NCBI GenBank assembly: GCA_037447605.1
Contig: CM074819.1
Span: forward strand, 558,001-622,000
Source of the DNA: Zygnema circumcarinatum SAG 698-1b
Taxonomy: Eukaryota; Plantae; Zygnematophyceae
Reading direction: 5' to 3'
DNA: 64,000 bases
Below the pieces are notes generated by a model, which made no database searches, was not told the DNA's origin, and was given only the letters and a program-made list of their open reading frames with translations. The position numbers and the translations under genes are program-made. Shown piece by piece: positions 41,474 through 53,581 of the stretch. Every line of letters starts with the position of its first letter. The stretch's first letter is position 1.

Positions 41474-42770
41474 TAGGGGCTAGGGTTTAGGGTTTAGGGT
41501 TTGGGGTTTGGGGTTTGGGATTTAGGGGTTAGGGGTTAGGGTTTAGGGGTTAAGTTTAGGGTTTAGGGCTAGGGCTAGGGGTTAGGGGTTAGGGGTGAGG
41601 GTTATGGGAATTGGTACTTGGGGTTTAGGGTATTGCATTCTATACGGTCGCTTCATTTTGATTAATTTGTGATTATTCTTGACAGTAACAATAAGAAGGA
41701 TTTTGAGTTTAATTAATAGATTACACCAATCAAAACGATCGAACTACATGTCTATTTTCTTATGTGAAATTTCAGATTCTTTTGGCGGATGGAGAGGTGG
41801 CAGAGGCAGTTGCAGTCACTCGTTGGGTCTGCTCAGCCTCCCAAACAGCTTTTCCGTACAGGTGGGAGACAAAGGGGGAGAGAGATGGAGAGAGAGGGCG
41901 GGATGGGGAGAGAGTCAGGGGAGAGGAAGAGGGTAAGAGGGGAAGGGAGAGACGGGGAGAGGTAGAGAGTGAGAGGGAATGGAGTGGGAGAGAGCGATTG
42001 GATAGGGGCAGTGAGAGTGGGGGGTGAGAGTGTGAGATAAAGGAGAGAGGATAGAGTGAGACAGCAAGATGGGAAGGAACGAGAGCGGGGGAGGGCAGGA
42101 GGCGAGTAGGGAGAGTGAGAGTGCGAGAGGAAATCGAGAGAAAGTGGGCAGAGAGAGAGTGAGAGAACAGAGAACGAGAGGCCGAGGGCGAGAGGGAGGG
42201 GGGAGAGAGAACACGAGAGGGAGAGAGGAGAGACGTAGAGGGGGACAATCAGAGGTGGGGAAAGAGTAAGCGACGGAGAGTAGGAGTGGGAAAGAGGGAG
42301 GAGGCGAGAGAGACAGAGCACAGGAAGGAGAGAACTAAAGAGAGAGTGGGGAAAAGAGAGAGATATTAGAAAGTGACATTGGGAAAAGGAGAGAGAGCGG
42401 GAAGACAAAGAGAGACGAGAGAGAAAGGGTGTGACTTATAGAGAGTGGGGGTAGTGCTCCTATGCTAGATTCCCATTCCTCTCATCTCTCGTTTCCTACT
42501 CTCCTCCCTCTCTCTCTCTCGACCTATCTCTCTCTCCGTTCCTCTCACTCTCCCCCCTCTTCTCCCTCTCGACCTCTTTCTCTCTCCGTTCCTCTCACTG
42601 TCCCCTCTCTTCTCTCTCTCCCTCTCTCCCTCCCAGAGTACTGTCCGACCTCCTTGAAGCTTCGGCTTCGAACGATCCCTCCGCCCTCGCTCTCGCCAAC
42701 CTCTCTCTCCTAAAGTTGGAGCCAACCGCAGGCTTTGCCGTGCACCGTCTCATGCATCTTCACTCCCAAG
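37750..42770 (+). CDS. TAF1A: TAF1A-like subunit of the RNA polymerase I factor SL1/TIF-IB (TPR-like helical protein); 3' end lost in or after a gap
   Basis: Exons 37750-38391, 39087-39179, 39423-39529, 40295-40698, 41014-41297, 41776-41861, 42637-42770 are in phase. Motifs match plant TAF1A-like proteins as recalled: LERMLREAL...EAAAGVAAVL, THFLAGLTAHRLW, DMDVDLFPFRLP, EARKHL..LLPLVQILLADGEVAEA, LLKLEP..AVHRL. Confidence 0.75.
40710..40915. repeat. Intronic telomere-like (AAACCCT)n array
   Basis: Lies in TAF1A intron 40699-41013. Confidence 0.88.
41306..41630. repeat. Intronic telomere-like array of mixed TTTAGGG/TTAGGG/TTAGGGG units
   Basis: Lies in TAF1A intron 41298-41775 and is the least degenerate array in the window. 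Confidence 0.92.
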
Positions 42771-43463
42771 GTGGGGTCTCTCTCTNNNNNNNNNNNNNNN
42801 NNNNNNNNNNNNNNNNNNNNNNNNNNNNNNNNNNNNNNNNNNNNNNNNNNNNNNNNNNNNNNNNNNNNNNNNNNNNNNNNNNNNNATTGAGACTTGATTT
42901 GCTGCGCTGCATCCTGAACATGTCATGTATACTTGAACGGCCTTTCCTTTGCTCACATACTACGAATACGTCTCAGTTAGCAGTAATTTTAGAAAACAGT
43001 GTCACTATATACAAACTGCTTATCCGTGTAAAGCATTCGAGGGCCCAGGGGCATCAAAAACCAAAACAGTTCATACGATGAAAAGTGATGCTACACAAAC
43101 AAAGACGGGATATACTAGGAATGGTTGCCTATCAGTAGGTGAACAGCTACAGCCGTGACTCTGACTCTGCCACTAGGATGTGGGAGTCTCGTTTTACCAC
43201 CAACACTGCATTCCACCTTAAGATAATCCTGTTAGGCCCGCATTCCCTTTATGAGATCAATCTGAAAGCAACAACCATCCTAATGCTGAAGATATAGAGA
43301 GAGGGAGAGGACCTAAGTACCGCCTGCACATGGGGCTTCCCTTACAGAAAGCGAACCTCAGAGTATTCTCTACATAGGATTCGATGCACACCTTGGTATA
43401 CGGCAATTCTTGAGAAGCAGTACACCTGAGATCGGTAACATCGTTAAGCCCAAAACTTTAGGT

Positions 43464-46400
43464 TCAAGAGGCACTGGCAGTGCGTTTCCGAAACATCAAT
43501 GGCACTTGCGAGGTCACCCTTCTGCCCTGTACACACACATCATCCTCTTTTCTTGGACGGCTCGGCACCCACCTCCCTTCATTGCTGTTGTCATTGCTCC
43601 GCAGTTGTATATGTGAATTTCTCTCAGCCTTCCCATGCAAATCCAGGATACCGGGTTTCCCAACCTTCACATTCTCCAAATACTTGGCTCGATTCTGTTG
43701 CCTATTCAGGGAATCACCCATACTTCCGTCGTCCATATTACCCGCAACCCGCTCGTAGTTATCTCCTTCGCTTAACTCTTTACTTTCCATAGAGAACTTT
43801 CCGTCGGAAGGCCTCACAGAAACACGCTTCACCCAGACACCATGTTCACCAGAGATGCCAACTTGAGGAGTCTGTGCATCTGCAGAGAATGTAAGACCTC
43901 TCGATGGGACACCTCTCCTTCGTCTGTCGAAGTTGGAAGGTATCCCCTCTTTAACACCAACAAAAGGCCGAGAACGTGTAGTAAGGATAAGACTTCTCCC
44001 ATCATCTGAATGTCTCCGCTGCTGCCTCTCACTGAGAGCGGATGTGGAGACACTCTTGTAAATTCCTTGGCGTTTCATCTCAGCGATTCCACGTATGTGA
44101 GTACTATTGAGGTCACTGCCAAGACCTGGAATGGCCTCTGAGGGTGGAGACCCCATCTCCTTTATGGAAGAGTTTGAGGACAGCAAGAGTTGAGGAAGAA
44201 GGAAGGATTGGCTCACTTCAGCACCGCGATTATTAGACCAGTTATAGAAAACATCATCATCGTCGAGACAGTCTTCTTCACCATCAAACCAGCCGCCCTC
44301 ATCATCATGCTCGTCCCCACTCCGCAACTCCTGTTCGTCATCACTTTGCATGTAGCTCTCCTCCTCATCAACAGAGCCTTCCTGCGCCCCTCAGAATGCA
44401 GCAAAAACGATTAAGAGAAGCAGAAGAGAAGCAGAAGCAGATTAAGAGAAGCAGTTTTTAGTTTCAAGAAAACACAGTCACTTCCACACCTCCACCTTTG
44501 AGATACATTTTGATGAGGGCTTGACCATAGCAGGGAAACTATAGAGCGCGGGAGAGAGAAAGAAAACATCTTAGAACCAAATCTGCGGCAGATTACCTCA
44601 AGCTCGTCCATCATATACTTCTGGTCATCGTCTTCATCACTCCCATTAGTCTCCGGTTCTTCGTCACTCTCTGACATTGCAACAGCATCATCTGCAACCT
44701 GTAACATGGCGAAGAGGAGGCAGGAAAAAAAGTTTCTCACTTTCACAGTATTACAGTCGACACAGTTGAAATAAGGTATGCCGGATGGACAGGGAAACAT
44801 GGGAAGAAAGAGGGAAAAAGGACAGGAAAAAGAGAGAGAGGTAAGAGTAACGTCCAATGTATGTATCTCCTCTTGACCGCTCACCTCTTGGCTAGTGGAG
44901 CCTGTCTTCTCTGCTGAATAAGAATCCACTCCGGTAGCTTCTGTACCGGAACTACTCTCAAAAGCCAAAAGGGTTGCTCCTGTACTACTCAGTCCCTCCA
45001 CGCTGCTATTACAAGTACTGCATCCTCTAGGCTCTGTTCCACATTGGCTTAATCCATGGCCTCCAAAACGTACATGTACAGGAGAAGTGGGTCCCATTGG
45101 CCCTGAAACAAAACAAGAACTATTCTTTATGGGTCTGCGGTTTGAAGCGATTGGCCTTGGAGAGCTGAATGGCACTACCCTTTTGCCGACCATAGCTACG
45201 TCTGCCTGCCTTTCTATGATACCATCTGCCGTCATGACTTCAGGATTTATCGTCGAGTTGTCTTCACCAGAGTTTTTTGAGGGATGAAGCCCCTTGTTCT
45301 TCACATATGAGTTCCACACATCCTCCGAATCTGCTCTACTTTCTAAAGTATAAGAGCTGCCTGATGCCGATCCTGCATCTTCAAGCCCGGGCCCTGAAGT
45401 TGCTGCTGCTAATTCCTCCTGCTGCTGCTGCAAGTATGTATCACGATTAAAAAGCTGAATCGTCTCTGCAGCAGAATTAACCCCACTTTTGCCCTTGTGG
45501 TTGCAGCCTGTTGTGGAAGTTTTCTGCTTCGACGGCAAAATGCCCCCTCCACATTCTTCACAAATCGGCTGCTCGGATACGCTAAGCAGCTCGCTAGTCA
45601 GAAGTTTCGTATGAGAAAGCAACTCGCTCCTATTCATAACCTTCCCTGCCGTGGGTAACAGCACTCCTCCAGTATTTTCTATAGCTATGGGCCAAACTTT
45701 CGTCATTGGTCCATTTGCATGCACCAAAGAAAGAGAGTTTCGGTTGACCCCCTGCAACTGAATAAGCTGAAACATTCCTTTTGAGCTCCACCCCGAAGCA
45801 GCATACTGACTTTGATACTCTTCATGAATAATCGGGACTGTGTTGTGGGCCTGATCATAGAGAGTCTCTCCTGCAGCGCAACGACGAAGGCAAGCGAAAA
45901 CTGTGGCATGGATTGCAGCCACACTCTTATCAACATTTGTATTATTTACCTGCAATGAACGCACAGGAGAATGCAGAGAAAAACAATTTCACAAAATCAA
46001 TCAAATCAGTTAGTTTGGAGGAAGGCAAAGCCACAGAGGGAATTGAGAAGCAAGAAATGGAGTTACTATGAAGTAACTGTCATCCAAAACCGATCGAATG
46101 ATTGAATTCAAGTTTCAGAATGTTGTGGGCTTTTTACCTTAGGTACAAGGTGTTTGTCCGCGCGCTTGCAGAGATAATCTTGAATAGTTCGGATGTTCCG
46201 AATGTACTTCACGTACTTATTGCGAGCTGGATCAAGGGTCATATATTTGGCTCGAACAGCGAATCTCTCTAGATGCTTTGTCTCATTGCTAATGTACACC
46301 ATGAACGGGATGATGGAAGGGTGCTTTTTCATCAAACTCATCTGCACACCGAGAGCAAGGGGAAGTGGATTGCTTCAATAGACTCCTACACATTACTCCT

Positions 46401-48733
46401 CCCAAAACACCACTGCAAAATTGCCGCTGTCGAAGAAATTCTCTCACAAAAACCTGTGCAAGATGCTTGGAAAGATCCCAGCGAGAAATGTATACGACTT
46501 TCAATGATCAGAGATTTGTTTGTGACGAGCCCTTACCACAAAGTTTAGGCTCAAATGTACACCTTCCACAACTGCTGATTCTCGCCGCTGCTCCCACTGT
46601 GTAATCAGCCGGTCAAGAGAATCGATGACCATCTCACTTTGTGCCTTGAACCCTTGAACCGTGAGTTCCTTCTCATTCAAAACAGTCTCCAAGTCCTCAC
46701 TCCCGATGCACCCACTAGCATTACTTGATGTCCTTTTTCCCGCTAAGCTCCCCTCTTCTTTCCACAACAATTCTCTTTCTCCATCCACATTAGATGCCCT
46801 CTTGAACTCTCCATCAGTACCCCCTTTGCTGCTGTCATCTGGAAGGACTCCATCATCCCCATGGTGATCTCCTTCAAAAAGATGTACTCCCTTTGCTCTC
46901 GCGTCTTCATGTAGGCCAGGCAATTTCAAAGCCTTTTTTTTTGCTTTTGCTTCTGCCACAGCTTCAGGATCAAGGCACTCCCCTGCATGGTATGTTGATG
47001 CCCATAACAAGGGATTATCTTCTTCACTAATGAAGCTCCTCATCATGTGACGGATGGAATCAGTGGAGACCACAGTAGTGATGCCGAGCCGACTAGCCTG
47101 CAAGACGAGGGAGAGGGAGAGGCGAAAAACGCAGTAGTGCTGAAATGATCAGTATTGCATGCATTGAACTTGATGTAGACGGTTAAAGCTGCAGGAGCAA
47201 CATGTTAGAATGACGACAAGAATACTTGAGAATAGTGGAGCGGGATTTCACCAGAAGAGAGGAAAGAGTTGATTTCCCACATCCGCTTGTGCCACATAGT
47301 AACACAGTTACAGATGTACGATGTTCTCTCACACTGCAGAGACAAGCAACCCGCTTAAAAAAAAATTAGCGACAACACACCACAATGCGTTGGAGTTTTG
47401 TGGATAGCAAAGGGTTGAACCCCTACAGCGCCCCTGAAACTCAGTTTTGACCGGATTCATCGACCGAGCAGAATAGACTCACAGCTCAGAAAAGAAACGA
47501 CTTAGACAACTTTCAGTCAGAAAAAAAACCGTACCTGCAGGCGACCATTAAATCCGATCGCTGGTTTGGACCAACATAGTGATACTCTGCCAGAGCTTGG
47601 CACACAATGTCCAAAAACTTCTTGCGAGTTATATCCACAGATCTTCGGCTTGCCTTCGACGTTTTTGGCTGACCTTTGTTCAACTGACTTTTATCATCCC
47701 CTTCATTTCTTGAAGGCATTCGCAAAACCCGCTCAGAAGACAACACCGATTCACTGCTTTTCTCCCTCAATTGGAATGTGTTTATCTGCATTATTTCAGG
47801 ACGAACACCTATCCTTTTCATACCCAACTGAAAAGGGGGCAGGTTACTGTCGCTTCCTGCCACTTTTTGCAGTCTTTCAGATTGCCCAAAACTCGCACCG
47901 CGAAAGTTTGAACTGTCTTCTGAAGACAAACCTTCGTCAGGTTTTCCACTTTCCGTCAGTGTATCAAGACCCGCAGGCATTGACATGACCACCTTCAGCT
48001 TGCTGAAAGTGGCTTCAACAGACTCCTGCAAACTTTTCGAAGACAATTCGCGAGACAGTATCTCAAACGCACGATTGCTAATCTGCACAGATGGGAAAAA
48101 AAACAGAAAAATCCACTCAGAGAGAGCACAAAGAAAGTTGATACTTTCAAAACGATATAAAACAGGCAGATGAAGCCTTTGGAATTTCACTAAGTTTCAG
48201 TTGTTCTCTCCATTCAGACCTAATTCTAATTTTTTAGCAGACACCAGACTTGCACCAACTATCTTGCAGCTACCGTTTCAAATAGCTCGATCTACCTATG
48301 AACCGTGAATGGCCCAAGAATTACATATGCGATCGTCTTTTTATCAGCAATGCACAGGAGAATACCATCATGAGTAAGACAGTTTGCGCAGCACATTCAG
48401 GCTATTGAATTACGGAGGGACAACTGCGACTTCCAATATGAACAACTTCAACATTGGTTCTACATTGTCTTTGACCAGGTCGATGTTGTGGCATCGACAT
48501 CGTGAAAGCAATGCCAATCCATTCATCTCAAACACCAAACGCAATCAACTTCAGACCTTGAAAGCATGTCGGGGCTTGCATCCCATGAGCAGCAGCGTGC
48601 TTGAGAGCAAAGAACGCGTATATCGTGGGTGTACTTGTCTTGTCGAAGCATCTCTAACCGGAGATGATCCCGAAAGAGTCTCTCGAACATCATCTTTAAC
48701 ACAAATGTATAGAAGCCTTGGGCGATGAGCCAT
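43464..48733 (-). CDS. LPA1: P-loop NTPase LPA1 homolog (low phytic acid 1; 2-phosphoglycerate-kinase-related)
   Basis: Exons 48733-48557, 48082-47535, 47333-47252, 47097-46537, 46341-46138, 45949-44885, 44698-44597, 44381-43464 are in phase. Motifs [43 protein letters not shown] (Walker A), [60 protein letters not shown]. Confidence 0.93.
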
Positions 48734-50279
48734 GTTCAGGTCTGAACTTCAGATATCCAGCTCAAGTTTGATTTTCACTGTGGATAAAAAATAACATTGG
48801 AAGGACAAATGGATAATTAGTTTAGGCTTATCCAATAGGTAGCGAGATATATGATCACACCAGCGATTGCTCTGTTCCTGTAACAGTTCAAGCATGAATC
48901 AGCTCCCAAAGCCAGTCTGCATGGTCACGTGTACTGATGACTAACTTAAAAAAAGGAAAGTGTTTGTCTATTCAACTCAAGAAAAAAAGGACAAAGCTCA
49001 ACGTACATAACCTACATATTCCAAAGTCATAGATGAGGAATTGTCTACCACCCTGGTCAAGAAAAAGACCACCATGCTGTCATAAGCATCACTTCATACG
49101 ATTTCAGCAATTTTAAACGTCCATGGACAGTATTCAACATGTGCAAGGCCGAAATTTTCAAATTCGTCCTAATTCCTGTCAAACACAGTGAGCATTGCTC
49201 CGCCAAGACAATAACGCCGCCTCCATTGTGACCAAGGTCTTCATAATTCAAGTCAAATTTCCAACGTATCTGATACCTAGGCCTCCTCCCAATCAGAAAC
49301 CGTTTTCTCACCTTCAAACTGCTTCAACTTTTCCAAACTGCAACCAATCCAGGCCCTCCAATTTACTGACCTTTCCTATTCCCATCAAATTCCTTCACAA
49401 TCACTGCAAAAAACGCAAGAATTTGCATATTCCACACCAATACTGAACCATATTCCAATCCTGAAACTCAATAAACAGAAATACTGAATTCAGCTCCCAA
49501 CCTTGTTCAGACATCCTCCTTCCCAACCAACCACCATGAAAAATTCCTGCGTTCCTGCAGCCACATGTCCTGAAAGCAGGCCTTGCAGCTCGTGCCTGCT
49601 GGCTGCACCAAGAGGGCGGCGCAGGCATGCATGGAAGCTGACATGGCCGCCATGGCTGCCGTCTTGGCCGAACTTTTGGGACACGTGGCAAGTCCAGAGA
49701 GGAAGTTTCCGAGCTTCAGGCGGCAGGCGGCTTTGCGACTTTCCATTCAAGGTACCCCGTCGGGCGGAGCCAATCACAAAATGCCACGTTAACATTTATG
49801 GTGACATGGCATTTTTTGATTGGCTTTGCCTGACGGCAATGCTGACATGACAGTCTGTGATTGGCCCAACCTGGCTCCCAAATTCTAACATTCGTCGTTT
49901 CGGTCAAAAGGTCCGCTTTGGAGCCTCGGTTTGGCTCGATCACGTTCCATGTGACAGTTCCAAAATATCTTTTTGGGCCTGTCGTTAAACTGTCGCTCAA
50001 AATCAGACAATCAGCCAATCATATCTCGCCAGGTACGCAGTTATTGGATGCTAATACAGTATTTACAGGGAAAGGCATCACCGTGTGAGCAGCCTCGATT
50101 CATTGTAGTTGTTGCCTTTCGCATAGTGTGAACATTCCCTGAGTTTTTACATTTCCGTTGGTGTCGTGTGAACGCACCACGCACAAAACGAAAATGAAAG
50201 CTTCCGCGAAGGTTTGAACAGGTCATTATATTTTTTTTTTTTTAAAAGGCTGCGTCATTATTCAATGCGGTAAGCACCG

Positions 50280-50560
50280 CTGAACCAATGAACCAATGCC
50301 AACCGTTGGCCTTTGATGGTTGGTGGGACAATTCTAGCAATGGTTGGCAACCATTGAATCTAATTGTTTAAATAAATGGCAACCAATCGTTCCAACCCTT
50401 CGTACTGTTGACTGGTACGCCAATTTAATGGTTGCAACCATTGGCTAATGATTTGCCAGTCGTCAATTGGCTTCCTTGTCTGCCAACCATTGGTTGCAAT
50501 CTTTTGCAACTCATGTCAACCATTGAATCCAACCATTCCATTGTTTGATCCAATGGTTCG
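50280..50560. repeat. CAACCATTG/CAATGGTTG palindromic word island (second copy of the family)
   Basis: Many caaccattg and caatggtt words, e.g. aatggttggcaaccatt and aatggttgcaaccatt. Confidence 0.65.
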
Positions 50561-50823
50561 ACCTGTGGACATGAATCAATTCAATATGAATCAAGTGACT
50601 GAATTACATAGAAGGGGCTTTACATCTAGAGGCCTTTCCATTCTAAACCCTTTCTCCTCCCGAACACGGGAAACGTTGGGTTACCTTTCAACCTCAATCC
50701 TCTGCCTATGCCTACGACCAAGGCTTCAGCCTTCTCCTTACGAGCACGAACCCGAGTTTGTGTGGACAAACTAAGTCCTATCGTAATCTAGTGTTCAACC
50801 TCGAGCCGCTTTATGCTCAGTTC

Positions 50824-52593
50824 TTCAGTCACGAATGTTTATTCTGTTTATGGCACATGGAACCTAAGACAAGGACACTGAAACTACTGTACCACATGTA
50901 TGTACTAATGTCACGTCACACTACCTCCCTGCGCTGGAAACAGCTCCGCCAGTCCCTGAGGAGGTCACATGTGTGGGAGTGGTCGGTTCCGTTGCCTGCG
51001 ACTGTGACAAGAGATGCATGGGAATCACAGGCAGCAGGGTGTTCCCAAAGACGGAATCGCAGGCCTTGTAGTGACCCGTGGCTCCTGCATGAATGGCGCG
51101 TTGAATTGCAGCTTTCTTCACTGCAGCAGCTCTCACATCTTCTGCATGCCGGTTTCCTTGCTGTGGAGCAGTGTCTCCATGTCGACGACCTCCCTAAAGA
51201 ACAAGAAAAAAATATTCAACGTACACCCAAGAGGGAGAGGGAGAGGGAGAGAGAGAGAGAGAGAGGAGAGAGAGACAGAGAGAGAGAGAGACAGAGAGAG
51301 AGAGACGAAGGGGAGAGAGAGTGACTAACAAATCCCCATTCAACTCAGCTGAACCAAGTTACAGTGTTGAAACGGTTACAGGGGTTCAAAAGAAGACAAA
51401 AGACCTGCTATATGTGTGAATAAGGGGACAGCTTGAGCTTAGCTAAACTTGCGTATACAGAGAAAGCAAACCCTCAACCAGAAAAATGATTTATTGGATA
51501 AAAAAAGGTTGTTCAGTATGATCTGATCTCACCTCTGTTCGACTTCGCTGCCATCCCAATGGCCTTGCTTCGGCAACTACAGCTGCTTGAGCATACCCTC
51601 TGTAACAAAAACCAATCCACACGGTCTTCCAAAGTCTCAAGTGCACATACTTAACGTCGAATGCGTAAGAGGTTGAATCGAGTGACCGACTTTGCAGGCT
51701 TGATATGACCCATAGTACACAGGATTAGGTTTGGCAAGCTATCCCGATTTGATTAGTATCTAAATTATGCTAAATATTGGGTTAGAAAGCGAGGGTGCTT
51801 ACCTGGCAGCTTTGTGGGATGATGCTGGAGGTCCAGCTGCGTGAGGTGAAGGAATTGACGCCTCCGCTGTTAGTGCAGGCTCCCAATACGAAAGATTCAC
51901 ACACAGACGACCAAAAAAAACTTGGTTCAGACTTTAATATGGTGACCATACATGTTCTCACAGGCTTGAATCAGTTCAAGGATGTACAGTACGTGATTTA
52001 TAGAAATTGACTTAGTACCCATGTGCTTCCTCGGCCCTACTATTTGCCTGCATCCTGCATACCTGCATGCGTGCTATAAACCTACTTTTCTGCATGTATC
52101 CATAGGTGCACATATGCCCATGGCTGAATCGATACCTGCATGTGCATAGAGGCCATGCCTGCTTTAGTGAGCATCACCACGTACGCATAGATACAAATGC
52201 AGAGTGGTCACATGACCAAACTGAGCATGCGTGTACCGATGCTGCAATACATAATGTGCATATATATATATATGGAGAAAGTACATTTAGACGAAAACCA
52301 TTGGCAGTGGTGGAAAAATTCACCTAGAGAACATCTGTGGTTCAAGAAGAACTATTCGTGCCTTCGTTTGCAAGGATGTTAATGCTTCAACTTGGATATC
52401 CTGAATTTCAAAAGCTAAATTGCTGTTATTTGCATGCATGCATACATCCATACATATACAAACTGAATGCATGATCAAACCGAGCACGCATGCATGCACG
52501 CACACCTTTGCCCTGCGCAGCAGAGGTCTTCACAGTCCTTTGACTTTGAATGGGAGCGCTCCCTCCGCTGCGCCCTCCACCTTGAGAAGCCAT
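50824..52593 (-). CDS. Small uncharacterised spliced protein-coding gene (exon chain partly ambiguous)
   Basis: Strong splice sites around 52503, 52324-52399, 51803-51868, 51651-51738, 51531-51599 and 50923-51193. The last large exon reads GGRRHGD..AEDVRAAAVKKAAIQRAIHAGATGHYKACDSVFGNTLLPVIP, and the protein ends R|INIRD*. Upstream phases were not uniquely resolved. Confidence 0.5.
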
Positions 52594-53059
52594 GGTTGCC
52601 TTGCCTCAATAGAACTGCGAAAAAAAAAATCAAGGAAAAGAAGAATTCGAGCCACTCTCTCTCTCTCTCTCTCCCCTCCCCCTCTCCCGCTCCTTCTACG
52701 TAGCTCTCCTCGCTTCCTCCACTACCACCCCTCCCTCTACGAACTTCTGCTTCCACCCTCTCATCTCCGCCACTCACTCACGCCAGTTCTTTCCCTGTCG
52801 TTCCTCCTCCCTGCGGTGCAGGACCTGGTACGGTACCACTCTCCCTCTCCCTCTCCCTCTCCCTCACTTCCTTCCCACCCTCTCCCTCTCCCTCTACTGC
52901 ATCCAAAGTGTAACTTCGAATTAGCTCTCACTTCCTTCCCACCCTCTCCCTCTCCCTCTCCCTCTCCCTCACTTCCTTCCCACCCTCTCCCTCTCCCTCG
53001 CCCTCTCCCTCAGGCTCCCACTTCAAGGGCGTCTCTCTCCACTACGAACTAAAAAAAAA

Positions 53060-53581
53060 CTCGACCAATGAAACGTCGTGAAAACCAATTGTACACGTGA
53101 CAAACTCCTACTGGAAGATGACTTTTATTTCGTCAAACATCCAATGAGAATCCGCCACATCAGCCCACACGTGGCATGTCCCCATTGGGCAATGGCCGAA
53201 TCCAGTCATTCCAGGGCCGTTTGGCGGGGCATTCCCCGCAATTCCAGGGCCCTTAATAGCTTTGGCTCCGCATAGCCAGTTGGTCATGCTTTTACTGTCC
53301 ACGCCCATGGCTGCAGGCATGGAACGGGCATCGAAACTTAGGTACTTTAATCTTGATTTGCTAATCTACAGAAGGAAGGGTTAATATGTTATGATGTATA
53401 AAGCTTGAAAAAGACGTTCATGAAAGTCCTAATTGGAGATGCAAAGAAGGGCCTGCTGCTGCAAGCGAGGCATGGCCAATGGCAACACGCTACGTCTACA
53501 GAAGGGTACACGTGGCATTCGGGAAGCAAATTAGTCGGGGAGCTGGGAATTTGGCTACAGTAGGACAGATTTAGGGTTTCC
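53060..53581. promoter_or_regulatory. Putative bidirectional promoter (unknown gene / WASHC4) with CCAAT-N9-CCACG modules and a telo-box
   Basis: CCAAT-N9-CCACA 53141-53159; exact minus-strand CCAAT-N9-CCACG 53170-53188; CCAAT-N9-CTACG 53476-53494; TTTAGGGTTT just before ATG 53582. Confidence 0.5.
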
